Source: Limnochordia bacterium
GTDB lineage: Bacteria > Bacillota > Limnochordia > DTU080
DNA length: 27,414 bases
Direction of reading: 5' to 3'
Assembly (NCBI GenBank): GCA_050951545.1
Contig: JBMNJG010000008.1
Coordinates: 1-27,414, forward strand
Shown: one piece after another, positions 1-8,287 of the stretch
Numbering within the stretch: position 1 is the first letter of the stretch
Layout: every line of letters begins with the position of its first letter
Notes under the pieces: model-generated
What the model was told of the DNA's origin: nothing
The model's input: only the letters and a program-made list of their open reading frames with translations
Database searches by the model: none
Position numbers and translations under genes: made by a program

Positions 1-967
1 AACCTTCACCAGGCGTATCGAAGCGTCCGCTCCAACAATGGAGTTCCCGGCATAAATGGGGAGACCGTGAAGGAGTTCGGAGCGCAACTCGACGAACGGC
101 TGCATCAGATCCATCTGGAGCTGAAGACCAACACCTACCAACCAAGTCCAGTCAGATGAGTGGAGATCGACAAAGATGACGGCGGCAAACGGCCGCTAGG
201 GATTCCCACGGTGCGGGATCGCGTAGTGCAAGAAGCACTGCGTCGGGTGATCGAGCCCATTCTTGAGCCCCACTTCCACCCATCAAGCTATGCGTACCGG
301 CCGGAACGCTCCTGTCACATGGCCGTGGCCAAAGCTGAGGCGTTCATCAATCGCTATGGGCTAAAGCACGTAGTGGATATGGACCTGTCGAAATGCTTCG
401 ACCGACTCGACCACGAGCTTATGTTGCAGGCCGTGAACCGCCGCATCAGCGACGGCCGCGTGTTGGCTTTGATCCGGCAGTTCCTCGAGGCTGGTGTGGT
501 AGCTGATGGATCTTGGGAGGAGACAGAGATTGGCAGCCCCCAGGGAGGGGTGATCTCACCGTTGCTGTGCAACATCTACCTGGATGCATTTGACCAGGAG
601 ATGATGGCGCAAGGGATTCGGATCGTCCGCTATGCGGATGATATTCTGATCTTTGCGCGGAGCCCAAGGCAAGCGGAACGCTACCGGGAGACTGCCACCC
701 AGATCCTGGAAGAGGATCTGAGGTTGGTTGTCAACCGGCAGAAGACGCACATTGCGGATGTATACCGCGGTGTACCCTTCCTGGGTTTTGTCATCTACGC
801 CAAGTGCGTGTCGATACACCCCAAGCGCATCAAGCGCTTCAAGGATCGGGTCCGGCTCCGCCAGTCCCCTTCTCATTATGGCTCTTCCGAACTGTTGGTT
901 CGACCAACAGGGTCTTGTCGACTTGACCCGGTATAAGGTTGGGGTTCTGCATCTCTACCGAACATAG
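1..967 (+). pseudogene. ltrA: Group II intron reverse transcriptase/maturase, disrupted (5' part outside window)
   Basis: Frame 1 reads NLHQAYRSVRSNNGVPGING...YQPSPVR*VEIDK, with TGA at 157-159 where Arg is expected. It continues with RT motifs RPLGIPTVRDRVVQ, DMDLSKCFD, GSPQGGVISPLLCNIYLD and YADD. After KRFKDRVR (~855) the sequence jumps, in another frame, to a maturase-type C-terminus SASPLLIMALPNCWFDQQGLVDL ending at 967. Confidence 0.93.
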
Positions 968-983
968 GGATCATGTTCTTCAG

Positions 984-1062
984 GAGCCGTATGCGAGGTC
1001 CGCACGTACGGTTCTGTGAGAGGGTGACGCTCGCGTGATCAGCGAGCGTCACCCTACTAGAT
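984..1062 (+). ncRNA. Group II intron catalytic domain V and domain VI / 3' splice end
   Basis: D5 GAGCCGTATGCG-AGGTC-CGCACGTACGGTTC (984-1014, AGC triad, AC bulge). It is followed by the D6 hairpin AGGGTGACGCTCGC-gtgatca-GCGAGCGTCACCCT and terminal ACTAGAT. Confidence 0.92.
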
Positions 1063-1373
1063 TTATTACCGCAGGTAGCACCCCTTGCTTGAATCATCAG
1101 CGGAAAGACCGTGACGCACGCGTAGCGCCTCCAACGTCGTCGCTGCCCCCTCTGTGTCACATCAAGCATCGGAATGCGCCTCCTGAAGAGTACGCACAAG
1201 GATGTGCGTAGGAATACGATGCAACTCGGCGACTTCACCCACCGATAGGTCACGCCTTAAGCAGCGCTGCACCGGAGCTTCGATCTTTTTTGTGCCTCTT
1301 CTAAGACTGACGCACAGCACGTGACCGGAAAACAGTATCGCTTTTTGGCCAAGCCATTTTTCTTGCATGAGAG

Positions 1374-1400
1374 GCAGGATCCTGCCTGGGCGGGTAGAAG
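1374..1400 (+). promoter_or_regulatory. Putative sigH-like promoter
   Basis: GCAGGA-N17-GAAG, resembling the Bacillota sigH consensus AGGA-N~17-GAAT. The same architecture occurs at 14613-14639 (-). Confidence 0.4.
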
Positions 1401-1415
1401 GAAGTCACAACGGGG

Positions 1416-1429
1416 CGAACATATGTTCC
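1416..1429. promoter_or_regulatory. LexA (Cheo/SOS) box
   Basis: CGAAC-ATAT-GTTCC matches Gram-positive CGAACRNRYGTTCG at 13/14 positions. It lies between the putative promoter and the RBS, inside a larger imperfect palindrome at 1406-1437. Confidence 0.72.
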
Positions 1430-1450
1430 CGGTTGTGTGAGGTGAGTTCC

Positions 1451-2506
1451 TTGTATTCCCTGCATATAGATGAAGCGCGTGTGCCTGATTCGATACTTTG
1501 CGCTGGCGATTTGAGAGCTACCGAAAAAGTAGTCTGGATGGCCTTGGCTATGGATGCTCATTTGGACGAGGCGTTTCTCTATTCGCCCAGCCGCCTGGCA
1601 CGGCGCACGGGCATGTCGCGATCGACCGTTCGCAAGGCTGTAACCAGATTGCTCAGCGAGGAGCGGTTTGTTTTGGCAACCGTTCGGCTCATGAATAAAC
1701 TATCAGAGCAGTGGTTGCCCCCTGGCTGGCTTCAGATTCCGGTCGAGCTGATCATGGCCACCGAACTCAACCCCCAGGCCAAAGTCGTCTATGCAGTACT
1801 TGTAGGCAAAGACGATCCGGAGTATCGTCTGCGGCAGTTCAAATACTCTGAGCTCGCCGAGCTGATGCATCTGAGCCCTCAGACCGTAAAACATGCGGTG
1901 CGGCGATTAGCCAAACTGAGCTGGCTCGAGATGGAGCAGCCACACAAACAGGCCGTGATTCGCTTTTCCCTCCTCAACCCGATCGATAAGAAGCACAGCG
2001 AAGAAGTGTGGCGCATACAGCACAAACTCGACACGGCTGAGTATTACGGGGAAGCACTAATGACAGGTATCTGCACTGCTCTTGTGGACTCTCAGCATTA
2101 CACGCCCCGCATCCGCCCCCCTTTCCTGGAGAACCCCGACACCGGTCAGAGGCTGGAGTTGGATCTCTTCTATTATCTTCATTATACGGCCTTCGAGTTT
2201 AATGGTCCGCAACACTACGGTGTCACGAAGCTCTACTCAGCTGAGCAAGTGCTTGAGCAGCAGAAGCGTGACCAGACAAAGGAGCAGACCTGTGCCGAGG
2301 AGGACATAGAGTTGATCGTGATCCAGTCCCGCGAGCTCTCGTGGGAGACGATCAAGAAGAAGATTGGCAGACGACTGCCGCTGCGGCGCGACGTACGCAT
2401 CAACCGGAAGCTGTTCCGGCTTCTCAAGCCCAGGTGCCGGCGGTACCGCGAGCAGGCCAAGCACGGCTGGGCGCCCAGTGAATCTACGGAAACACCACAA
2501 GCTTAG
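1451..2506 (+). CDS. Tandem winged-HTH protein with C-terminal Vsr/DUF559-like PD-(D/E)XK nuclease domain
   Basis: Two similar modules: VPDSIL..EKVVWMAL..SRLARRTGMSRSTVRKAVTRL and IPVELI..AKVVYAVL..SELAELMHLSPQTVKHAVRRL. These are followed by FLENPDTGQRLELDLFY..AFEFNGPQHY..QKRDQTK..C...IELIVI. ORF is open from 1367; TTG 1451 follows RBS GAGGTGA. Confidence 0.85.
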   Translation: MYSLHIDEARVPDSILCAGDLRATEKVVWMALAMDAHLDEAFLYSPSRLARRTGMSRSTVRKAVTRLLSEERFVLATVRLMNKLSEQWLPPGWLQIPVELIMATELNPQAKVVYAVLVGKDDPEYRLRQFKYSELAELMHLSPQTVKHAVRRLAKLSWLEMEQPHKQAVIRFSLLNPIDKKHSEEVWRIQHKLDTAEYYGEALMTGICTALVDSQHYTPRIRPPFLENPDTGQRLELDLFYYLHYTAFEFNGPQHYGVTKLYSAEQVLEQQKRDQTKEQTCAEEDIELIVIQSRELSWETIKKKIGRRLPLRRDVRINRKLFRLLKPRCRRYREQAKHGWAPSESTETPQA

Positions 2507-2670
2507 TCCGCCGGGCCGCCTTCGCTGAGGCGTAACCACTGAAGATGCGTCTCCTCACCTAGGAGTAGGAGCGTCTAGAAACGTCGTTCCACGCTCTGGT
2601 AACCCTTCAGTCCTGCTTCACACAGCACATAACCGGATAGGATCACCGTTCCTTCCCTGTTGTCAAGCGG

Positions 2671-3730
2671 CCAGCCGCTCACCGGGTGGGTTGAGAGCGG
2701 GGGCGGCTCGGCGACACGCTGGCACCCCTTGGACCCCTGGACTCGACAAACGTGGTCAATGCGCAGCGATGGCGCCCTCTCGGACCACTTTCCGCGGACT
2801 CAACCCACGAAAACGGCGGATTTGCCCCCCAAATCGCTGTTTCCCCACCTCAAAAGCCGCACCCCGACCAGTGGACTGCACATAACGCAACGTCATCGAT
2901 GGCCTTTCGCCATGTCCGGCGCCCAGCCGTTCACCGGGTGGGCTGAGGGCGGGGGGCGGAGGGGGCGGCTCGGCGACACGCTGGCACCCCTTGGACCCCT
3001 GGAGCCCTGGAGCCCTGGAGCCCTGGACTCGACAAACGTGGTCAATGCGCAGCGATGGCGCCCTCTCGGACCACTTTCTGCGGACTCAACCCACGAAAAC
3101 GGCGGATTTGCCCCCCAAATCGCTGTTTCCCCACCTCAAAAAGCGCACCCCGACCAGTGGACTGCACATAACGCAACGTCATCGATGGCCTTTCGCCATG
3201 TCCGGCGCCCAGCCGTTCACCGGGTGGGCTGAGGGCGGAGGGGGCGGCTCGGCGACACGCTGGCACCCCTTGGACCCCTGGACTCGACAAACGTGGTCAA
3301 TGCGCAGCGATGGCGCCCTCTCGGACCACTTTCTGCGGACTCAAACCACGAAAACGGCGGATTTGCCCCCCAAATCGCTGTTTCCCAACCTCAAAAGCGG
3401 CACCCCGACCAGTGGACTGCACATAACGCAACGTCATCGATGGCCTTTCGCCATGTCCGGCGCCCAGCCGTTCACCGGGTGGGCTGAGGGCGGGGGGCGG
3501 AGGGGGCGGCTCGGCGACACGCTGGCACCCCCTGGAGCCCTGGACTCGACAAACGTGGTCAATGCGCAGCGATGGCGCCCTCTCGGACCACTTTCTGCGG
3601 ACTCAACCCACGAAAACGGCGGATTTGCCCCCCAAATCGCTGTTTCCCCACCTCAAAAACCGCACCCCGACCAGTGGACTGCACATAACGCGACGCCATC
3701 GATGGTCTTTCGCCATGTCCGGCGCCCAGC
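2671..3730. repeat. Tandem array of four long near-identical units
   Basis: Units start at 2671, 2923, 3209 and 3464 (252, 286, 255, 262 bp). Length differences are fully explained by a G-rich tract and by the copy number of an internal 8-mer CCYTGGAS (2, 5, 2, 2). Confidence 0.97.
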
Positions 3731-4174
3731 TGTTCGTGATCACCGTGGGCCAGTTGCCCCCTTCGTTCACCATGGCGGTGGCGCGATGCCGTCCTTTGGG
3801 TCCGCTGGGAGTTGTGTGGGTCCTCGCCAGTTGACGCGGCAAACCGTGTCGGGTTCGATCCTTTCTGGCGCCCCAGACGACGAACCGGACCGGCCAGCGC
3901 CGCCTTTTCACAGCCAAGCGGGGTTGTGGGGTGCAAAAGCGGGATATCAGAAGCGGTTTCAGCCAGAACCATTCACCGAAACCGCCCTTTCTTGCCACCT
4001 ACCTAGCCGCCGCCAAAACCGCAGGATGGATCCCATTCCCCGTCCGGGGAGGTGGCCAACCCGTCGGCGAGAGCGCACCCGCACTAACTAGATACAGGGA
4101 TCACCTACCGCTGTCTTTTGCGTGGTCCCTAGAAGGCGGAACGCCGCCGTAATGCGCATCGCAGGGGCCTAGGG

Positions 4175-5779
4175 CTAGATTCTCATGTACATCGCTATCG
4201 TGCTCCTACTGGTATCGTCCGGTATCTTGAGACGCTTTTCCTGACGCCCATAGCGTAGCAGCGTCATCCGCATCTCGCCGAGCAACATGTCGGCGACGAA
4301 CTTAACTTGGTTGCTCAGCCTGGCGGGCACATCCCTTTGGATGCGCTGTACGTAGAAGTCAAAAAGGGCGTCAATCATCTCACAGACCTTGCCAGTGAAC
4401 ACACGAGCGAACAGCTGAGAAAGCTGGCTGTATTCCTTCTTCGCCTTCTGGTCAAACAAGGGGAACGTCGTCATGATCGAGTCGTCTGTGTAGTCTAGGA
4501 AACCTCGGTCGACCAGCTTCGTGAGGGCTTCCCGCTCCAGCGGTGTCCACGAGTCACTTGGGCGTTGCCTACGGATGATATCGGCGACCAGGAGGGCATC
4601 GGGTTGGCTCATCTCCCCGGCACGATCCCAAAGATCGTCCATGTTGATCTTGAAGGCTGTGAACATGATCCCATCCTTGCCAGTGCCATTGCAGCCGACA
4701 AAGGTCTCGAACGGTAGCTCGCAGGTCTCGTATCCGATGATGTCCCACTCCGCATTGCCTGGACGCGGCGTATACCCAGGCATACCCTTAGTGCGAAGAA
4801 CTCGGTCACGGATGTCATCAGCGATCAGTGGCAGTAGCAGCCAGTAGAGCTCATCGGCTGGCAATGTGCAACCATGGAAGCCGATCGACCTTATCTCGTC
4901 GATCGCTTCGTCAAGTAGCCCTAAGACCGCAGGGCAGAATGCCTTGCTGACCTCGATCATCCGGGCAAAGGTATCCAAACGCATCTCCTTGCTGATGATG
5001 ACGAAGTCGGTTTCGTAGCGACCGTCCGCGAGCAGCTTGAGGAGCGTTCCTTGGGTCAGTAGTTCTGCCTCTTCTTCTATGTACGGGGCTGCTATGCCCA
5101 GGGCGAGACTTAGGTCTTCGATGGTGCTCGGGTTGTTATACGCTTCTAGCAGGATGTTCTTGGGGGCGAGCCGCTTTATTAGGGGCCAGGGGCTACTGGC
5201 CTCGAAGTTGTTGCCACTCATTGCGAAACTCACTTGCTCCGGTGCATAGCTTCTTTGACCGTTTGCGCGGGCCATTTCCATTCCCTCCCGAAGTAGTGCT
5301 CTCGATTCGTGCAGCTTGCGTTTGATGGTGCCTTCCGGCAGACCGAGGCTGTGGGCGATGTCGGCAATTCTCTTGCGCTCGATGTAGTAGGCGACCAAGA
5401 TCTCGCGGTATGCCCGGGACATGAGGGCGAGTTCGCGTCGGAGCAGCTCCAGTTGCTCCTGCGTGATGTATGCATCTTCCGGGCTACTGCCGGCATGCGC
5501 TCGCTGGTCGATCTGATCAGAGACGCCGACAGGGGCCAAGCGGAGCCGCCCTTTTCGCCGAGCTTCGACCCAGTGAGCGTAGCGATGGCGGGCAACTCCC
5601 CATAGCCAGCGATCGAAGTCAGCTGGTTCATGTCCTCTGCTAAGCGAGACGATGGCCTCAAAGGCTATCTCTTGCGCGAGTTCCTCCGCATCAAGCCTGT
5701 TCCCCGTCTTTTTCAACGAGAAGTAGAAGAGCATTTCGAGATGTCTGCGACCGACATGGGCCATCGAGCTACTCATCAC
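4175..5779 (-). CDS. ECF-type sigma-70 factor with long C-terminal extension
   Basis: Region 2 (DAEELAQEI..FDRWLWGVARHRY) and region 4 (REILVAYY..IADIAHSLGLPEGTIKRKLHESR) lie in the first ~165 aa. About 370 further aa follow, beginning with another HTH-like segment (TIEDLSLALGIAAPYIEEE). Confidence 0.9.
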   Translation of the reverse strand: MMSSSMAHVGRRHLEMLFYFSLKKTGNRLDAEELAQEIAFEAIVSLSRGHEPADFDRWLWGVARHRYAHWVEARRKGRLRLAPVGVSDQIDQRAHAGSSPEDAYITQEQLELLRRELALMSRAYREILVAYYIERKRIADIAHSLGLPEGTIKRKLHESRALLREGMEMARANGQRSYAPEQVSFAMSGNNFEASSPWPLIKRLAPKNILLEAYNNPSTIEDLSLALGIAAPYIEEEAELLTQGTLLKLLADGRYETDFVIISKEMRLDTFARMIEVSKAFCPAVLGLLDEAIDEIRSIGFHGCTLPADELYWLLLPLIADDIRDRVLRTKGMPGYTPRPGNAEWDIIGYETCELPFETFVGCNGTGKDGIMFTAFKINMDDLWDRAGEMSQPDALLVADIIRRQRPSDSWTPLEREALTKLVDRGFLDYTDDSIMTTFPLFDQKAKKEYSQLSQLFARVFTGKVCEMIDALFDFYVQRIQRDVPARLSNQVKFVADMLLGEMRMTLLRYGRQEKRLKIPDDTSRSTIAMYMRI

Positions 5780-5800
5780 ACCACCGCCATGGCTCTCACT

Positions 5801-5830
5801 TACCTAGTGGCACCTCGGGGGAAAAGGTTC
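5801..5830 (-). promoter_or_regulatory. Putative ECF-dependent (autoregulatory) promoter
   Basis: Minus strand GAACC-N16-CACT immediately upstream of the sigma gene and just downstream of a terminator. Confidence 0.45.
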
Positions 5831-5834
5831 GGAG

Positions 5835-5873
5835 AAATAACGCGAATCCCCCAATTGACGGGGGACTCACGCG
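5835..5873 (-). terminator. Intrinsic terminator after LamG gene
   Basis: Minus strand cgcgtGAGTCCCCC-gtcaatt-GGGGGATTCgcg followed by TTATTT. Confidence 0.6.
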
Positions 5874-5951
5874 CAGACCAGCTGTGGCATGAAAGGCGGC
5901 CCCTTTCACACCGGTGGACTTTCGAGAAACAGACTACTCACCTATGGGAGT

Positions 5952-6665
5952 CTACTTACCAATGCCTTGTTCCATCACGTGTTTGATGTCGTCAGCCGTG
6001 AGGGCCTTATTCCACACAATGAGATCATCCATCTTGCCGGAGAAGGGTCTGGCATCATCAATGGTGAGGCCTACCCGAGCCCCCATACCCCAGTCTTGCA
6101 TCATCTGGACGCCAGTAACGGGCTGTCGAGCAATCTCTTGACCATTGATGTAAAGAGCCGCGTATCCTTGCGAGGCACTGTAGACCCCGGCGAAATGCGT
6201 CCAGGTACTCCAGGCGACAGAACCAGTTTGCATATCAAATACGGTATTCGCGCCCTTCGTCCGGACAAGCCAACGATATCTGCCGTCAGACCGAATCTCT
6301 GGGTGGAAAACCCATGTGCCGTCTGAACCCCGTGCGTTCAGGATTTCGTGGGTTGTGCCCGAGGGCACGTTAAACCAGACCGAAATCGTTATTTCGTCCT
6401 TGGGGATGACGTCAGCCGGGAGAGTACCGATGTCGATGTACGTGTTGGGAGCAAACTGGCCCGCTTGACCCCTCACGCCCTCTACGAGTGTGATCTTGCC
6501 GTTGATCGTGCCGATGCCTGACTTCCCAGTACCCTCGACCACTCGGTCTTCTACGATCTCCTCAAAGCTGAAGTACAGCACTGCGTTTTCCTTGGACGGG
6601 GCAGCCATTCCTATTGACCCGAGAAGCAGAACGACACACAGTGTGACAGCACTCACTACACGCAC
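5952..6665 (-). CDS. Secreted LamG/concanavalin A-like jelly-roll protein
   Basis: Signal peptide; motifs VLYFSFEE, EITISVWF, WTHFAGVY, LYING, FSGKMDDLIVWNKALT; RBS GAGGAGG. Confidence 0.9.
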   Translation of the reverse strand: MRVVSAVTLCVVLLLGSIGMAAPSKENAVLYFSFEEIVEDRVVEGTGKSGIGTINGKITLVEGVRGQAGQFAPNTYIDIGTLPADVIPKDEITISVWFNVPSGTTHEILNARGSDGTWVFHPEIRSDGRYRWLVRTKGANTVFDMQTGSVAWSTWTHFAGVYSASQGYAALYINGQEIARQPVTGVQMMQDWGMGARVGLTIDDARPFSGKMDDLIVWNKALTADDIKHVMEQGIGK

Positions 6666-6915
6666 GAAGATCCCTCCTCATATGCTTTGGCTGCCGTCTT
6701 TCGCACCAGAGAAGAGAGACAGACCTGTATTTGACAAGCAGTGAGTCGCACGACAGCCGGCGTGGGTCCCTCTTTCGCCACCCACATCCAGGCTCCTTTA
6801 TCACTCACCGTCATTTTTTGTCTTTTTGGTCAACGGTGTCAGTATTGGCCTAGCGGGCAGAGTAGTCTTCTGGCCTCTTCCCCTGCGTGCCTCGTCTGTA
6901 AGGATCGCGTAATGG

Positions 6916-8154
6916 TTACGGTTCCTGAGCCGATTCTGAGGCGAGGCCCGTGGCATGCAGATCCAGTCGCCACGCAATCCACAAGGTTCCTACCAGGAGT
7001 ATCACGCCACTAAGCAGAAACGGAGCCCTCAACCCCCAAGTCTGCGCCACGACACCGCCGGAGAATGCGCTAAGTGCCAGGCCAGCGCTCAGAAGCGACT
7101 CGTGGATTCCAGCGTTCGCTCCACCCTGCCCAGGCGCGTCGAGCGCGTAATACAGGCTGGCAGTGTAGGTGATGCCGCCTACAACCCCCATGATGGCAAA
7201 GCAGAAGGCGAGCAGCCAGAGTGTGTTACTGGCGGCGGCAAGGCCCATGCTAGCGGCGCTCACCAAGAGGGCCATCACGAGCAACCTTGCGTGATACTGC
7301 CAGCGAGTGCTTCGCGTCAGTATGACGAACGTCAGGAGGCGACCGAGAGCAAAAGTGCTTACGATCATCCCTATAACGCTAGGCGAAAGGCCAAGGTCAG
7401 CACCAAGTTTGGGGAAGAAGGTGGTGATGGTGCCGATACCGATAAAGGCGACCAGGTTTGCCACCCACGCGGCGTGCAGAAAGGCGCGGTGCGTCTCCGG
7501 GTCAGGCCGTGCTGCCGCTAGGCGAGTAGTCGCTGGCTCGGCGCTTGAACGGTCTTGCATCGGCGGTTGTTCGGGCACCAGCGTGACCAGCAAGACGATC
7601 ATCACCACTAGACAAGCAGAGATGAGAAAGGGCGTCCGCGTGCCAATCTCTGATAGGAAGCCTGCCAGTAGGGTGCCGAGCATCCCAGCTGAACTCCAGG
7701 CGATGTTGAACTTGCCCACGGCGGTCCCCAGTTCCCCAGTCCGCATGTCGCCGATCCAACTCTGTAGGGGTGGCCAGAACATGCCAGTGGCCAGGCCAAT
7801 GAAAGGTACAACACAAAGTAACTGACTCACAGTGGTAACACGAGTCAGCACCAGATGGAGAAAACCCAGAGACAATGCGGCAGCCTGCGCCATGCGTTTA
7901 CGGCCGGCCCGGTCGGAGACTTTGCCTGCCACCGGGCAGAAAAGAACATAGGGAATGCGCCACACCACACCCATCAGGCCAAGCTGCAGCGGCGAGGCTC
8001 CCAACGCGATGGCCAGGAGCGAAGTGGCGAGAAGGCTGAGGCTCAGGCCCATGTCCATGGATACGGCAGCGGCAAGAAGGCTGGGGTTCCAGGCCCTGGG
8101 CGGTAACTGAAAGAAAGCCCGGTTGCGGGAAGGGGTCACATCGGTGGTTGGCAT
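6916..8154 (-). CDS. MFS transporter
   Basis: About 12 hydrophobic segments and MFS motif A GKVSDRAGRK. ATG 8154 follows GGAGGTG (ORF open from 8193). Confidence 0.92.
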   Translation of the reverse strand: MPTTDVTPSRNRAFFQLPPRAWNPSLLAAAVSMDMGLSLSLLATSLLAIALGASPLQLGLMGVVWRIPYVLFCPVAGKVSDRAGRKRMAQAAALSLGFLHLVLTRVTTVSQLLCVVPFIGLATGMFWPPLQSWIGDMRTGELGTAVGKFNIAWSSAGMLGTLLAGFLSEIGTRTPFLISACLVVMIVLLVTLVPEQPPMQDRSSAEPATTRLAAARPDPETHRAFLHAAWVANLVAFIGIGTITTFFPKLGADLGLSPSVIGMIVSTFALGRLLTFVILTRSTRWQYHARLLVMALLVSAASMGLAAASNTLWLLAFCFAIMGVVGGITYTASLYYALDAPGQGGANAGIHESLLSAGLALSAFSGGVVAQTWGLRAPFLLSGVILLVGTLWIAWRLDLHATGLASESAQEP

Positions 8155-8287
8155 ACAAGCACCTCCTACTGCAGAGTCAGTATTCTGCTTCACGCTGCAG
8201 TGCGCCTGCGGCCATGTCCGGGCGCCGCGGCGTTACGGGGAAAAGCGAGCGGAAAAAGGGCGCTCGGCATGGCTGGCCCACCGCGAC

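Larger units (their letters stand above)
1..1062 (+). mobile_element. Degenerate group II intron, probably class C-like (partial)
   Basis: RT pseudogene without an endonuclease domain, plus short D5 and D6. The C-terminal protein signature resembles IIC maturases. Confidence 0.88.
1313..2637 (+). repeat. 17-bp imperfect direct repeat pair flanking the HTH-nuclease gene (1313-1329 and 2621-2637)
   Basis: CACAGCACGTGACCGGA vs CACAGCACATAACCGGA, 15/17 identical. Confidence 0.6.

Noticed and set aside
157-159. Recoded TGA (alternative genetic code or selenocysteine)
   Set aside because: The position expects Arg (CGA>TGA transition), the gene has a second lesion, and TGA ends normal genes elsewhere (9959, 18866).
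1191-1210. Palindrome TACGCACA-agga-TGTGCGTA
   Set aside because: Single 8-bp stem with no U-tract and no second copy, so no function can be supported.
2671-3730. CRISPR array or other spacer-containing guide array
   Set aside because: Units are ~260 bp and contiguous with no unique spacers, and no cas genes are present in the window.
2671-3730. Tandem T-box riboswitches or tRNA-like units suggested by the variable triplet
   Set aside because: No T-box GGTGGNACC antiterminator motif, no tRNA TpsiC arm and no downstream amino-acid gene.
1-3730. RT + nuclease + array as one retron/DGR/RT-defence system
   Set aside because: The RT is a broken group II intron protein with its own D5/D6 ending at 1062. 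No template/variable repeat pair with adenine-specific differences is seen. Adjacency is most simply an insertion into accessory DNA.
2660-4091. Repetitive ORFs across the array (e.g. 2991..4091, 366 aa)
   Set aside because: Unit lengths 286 and 262 break the frame, several frames are equally open because of high GC, and there is no RBS or protein-like composition.
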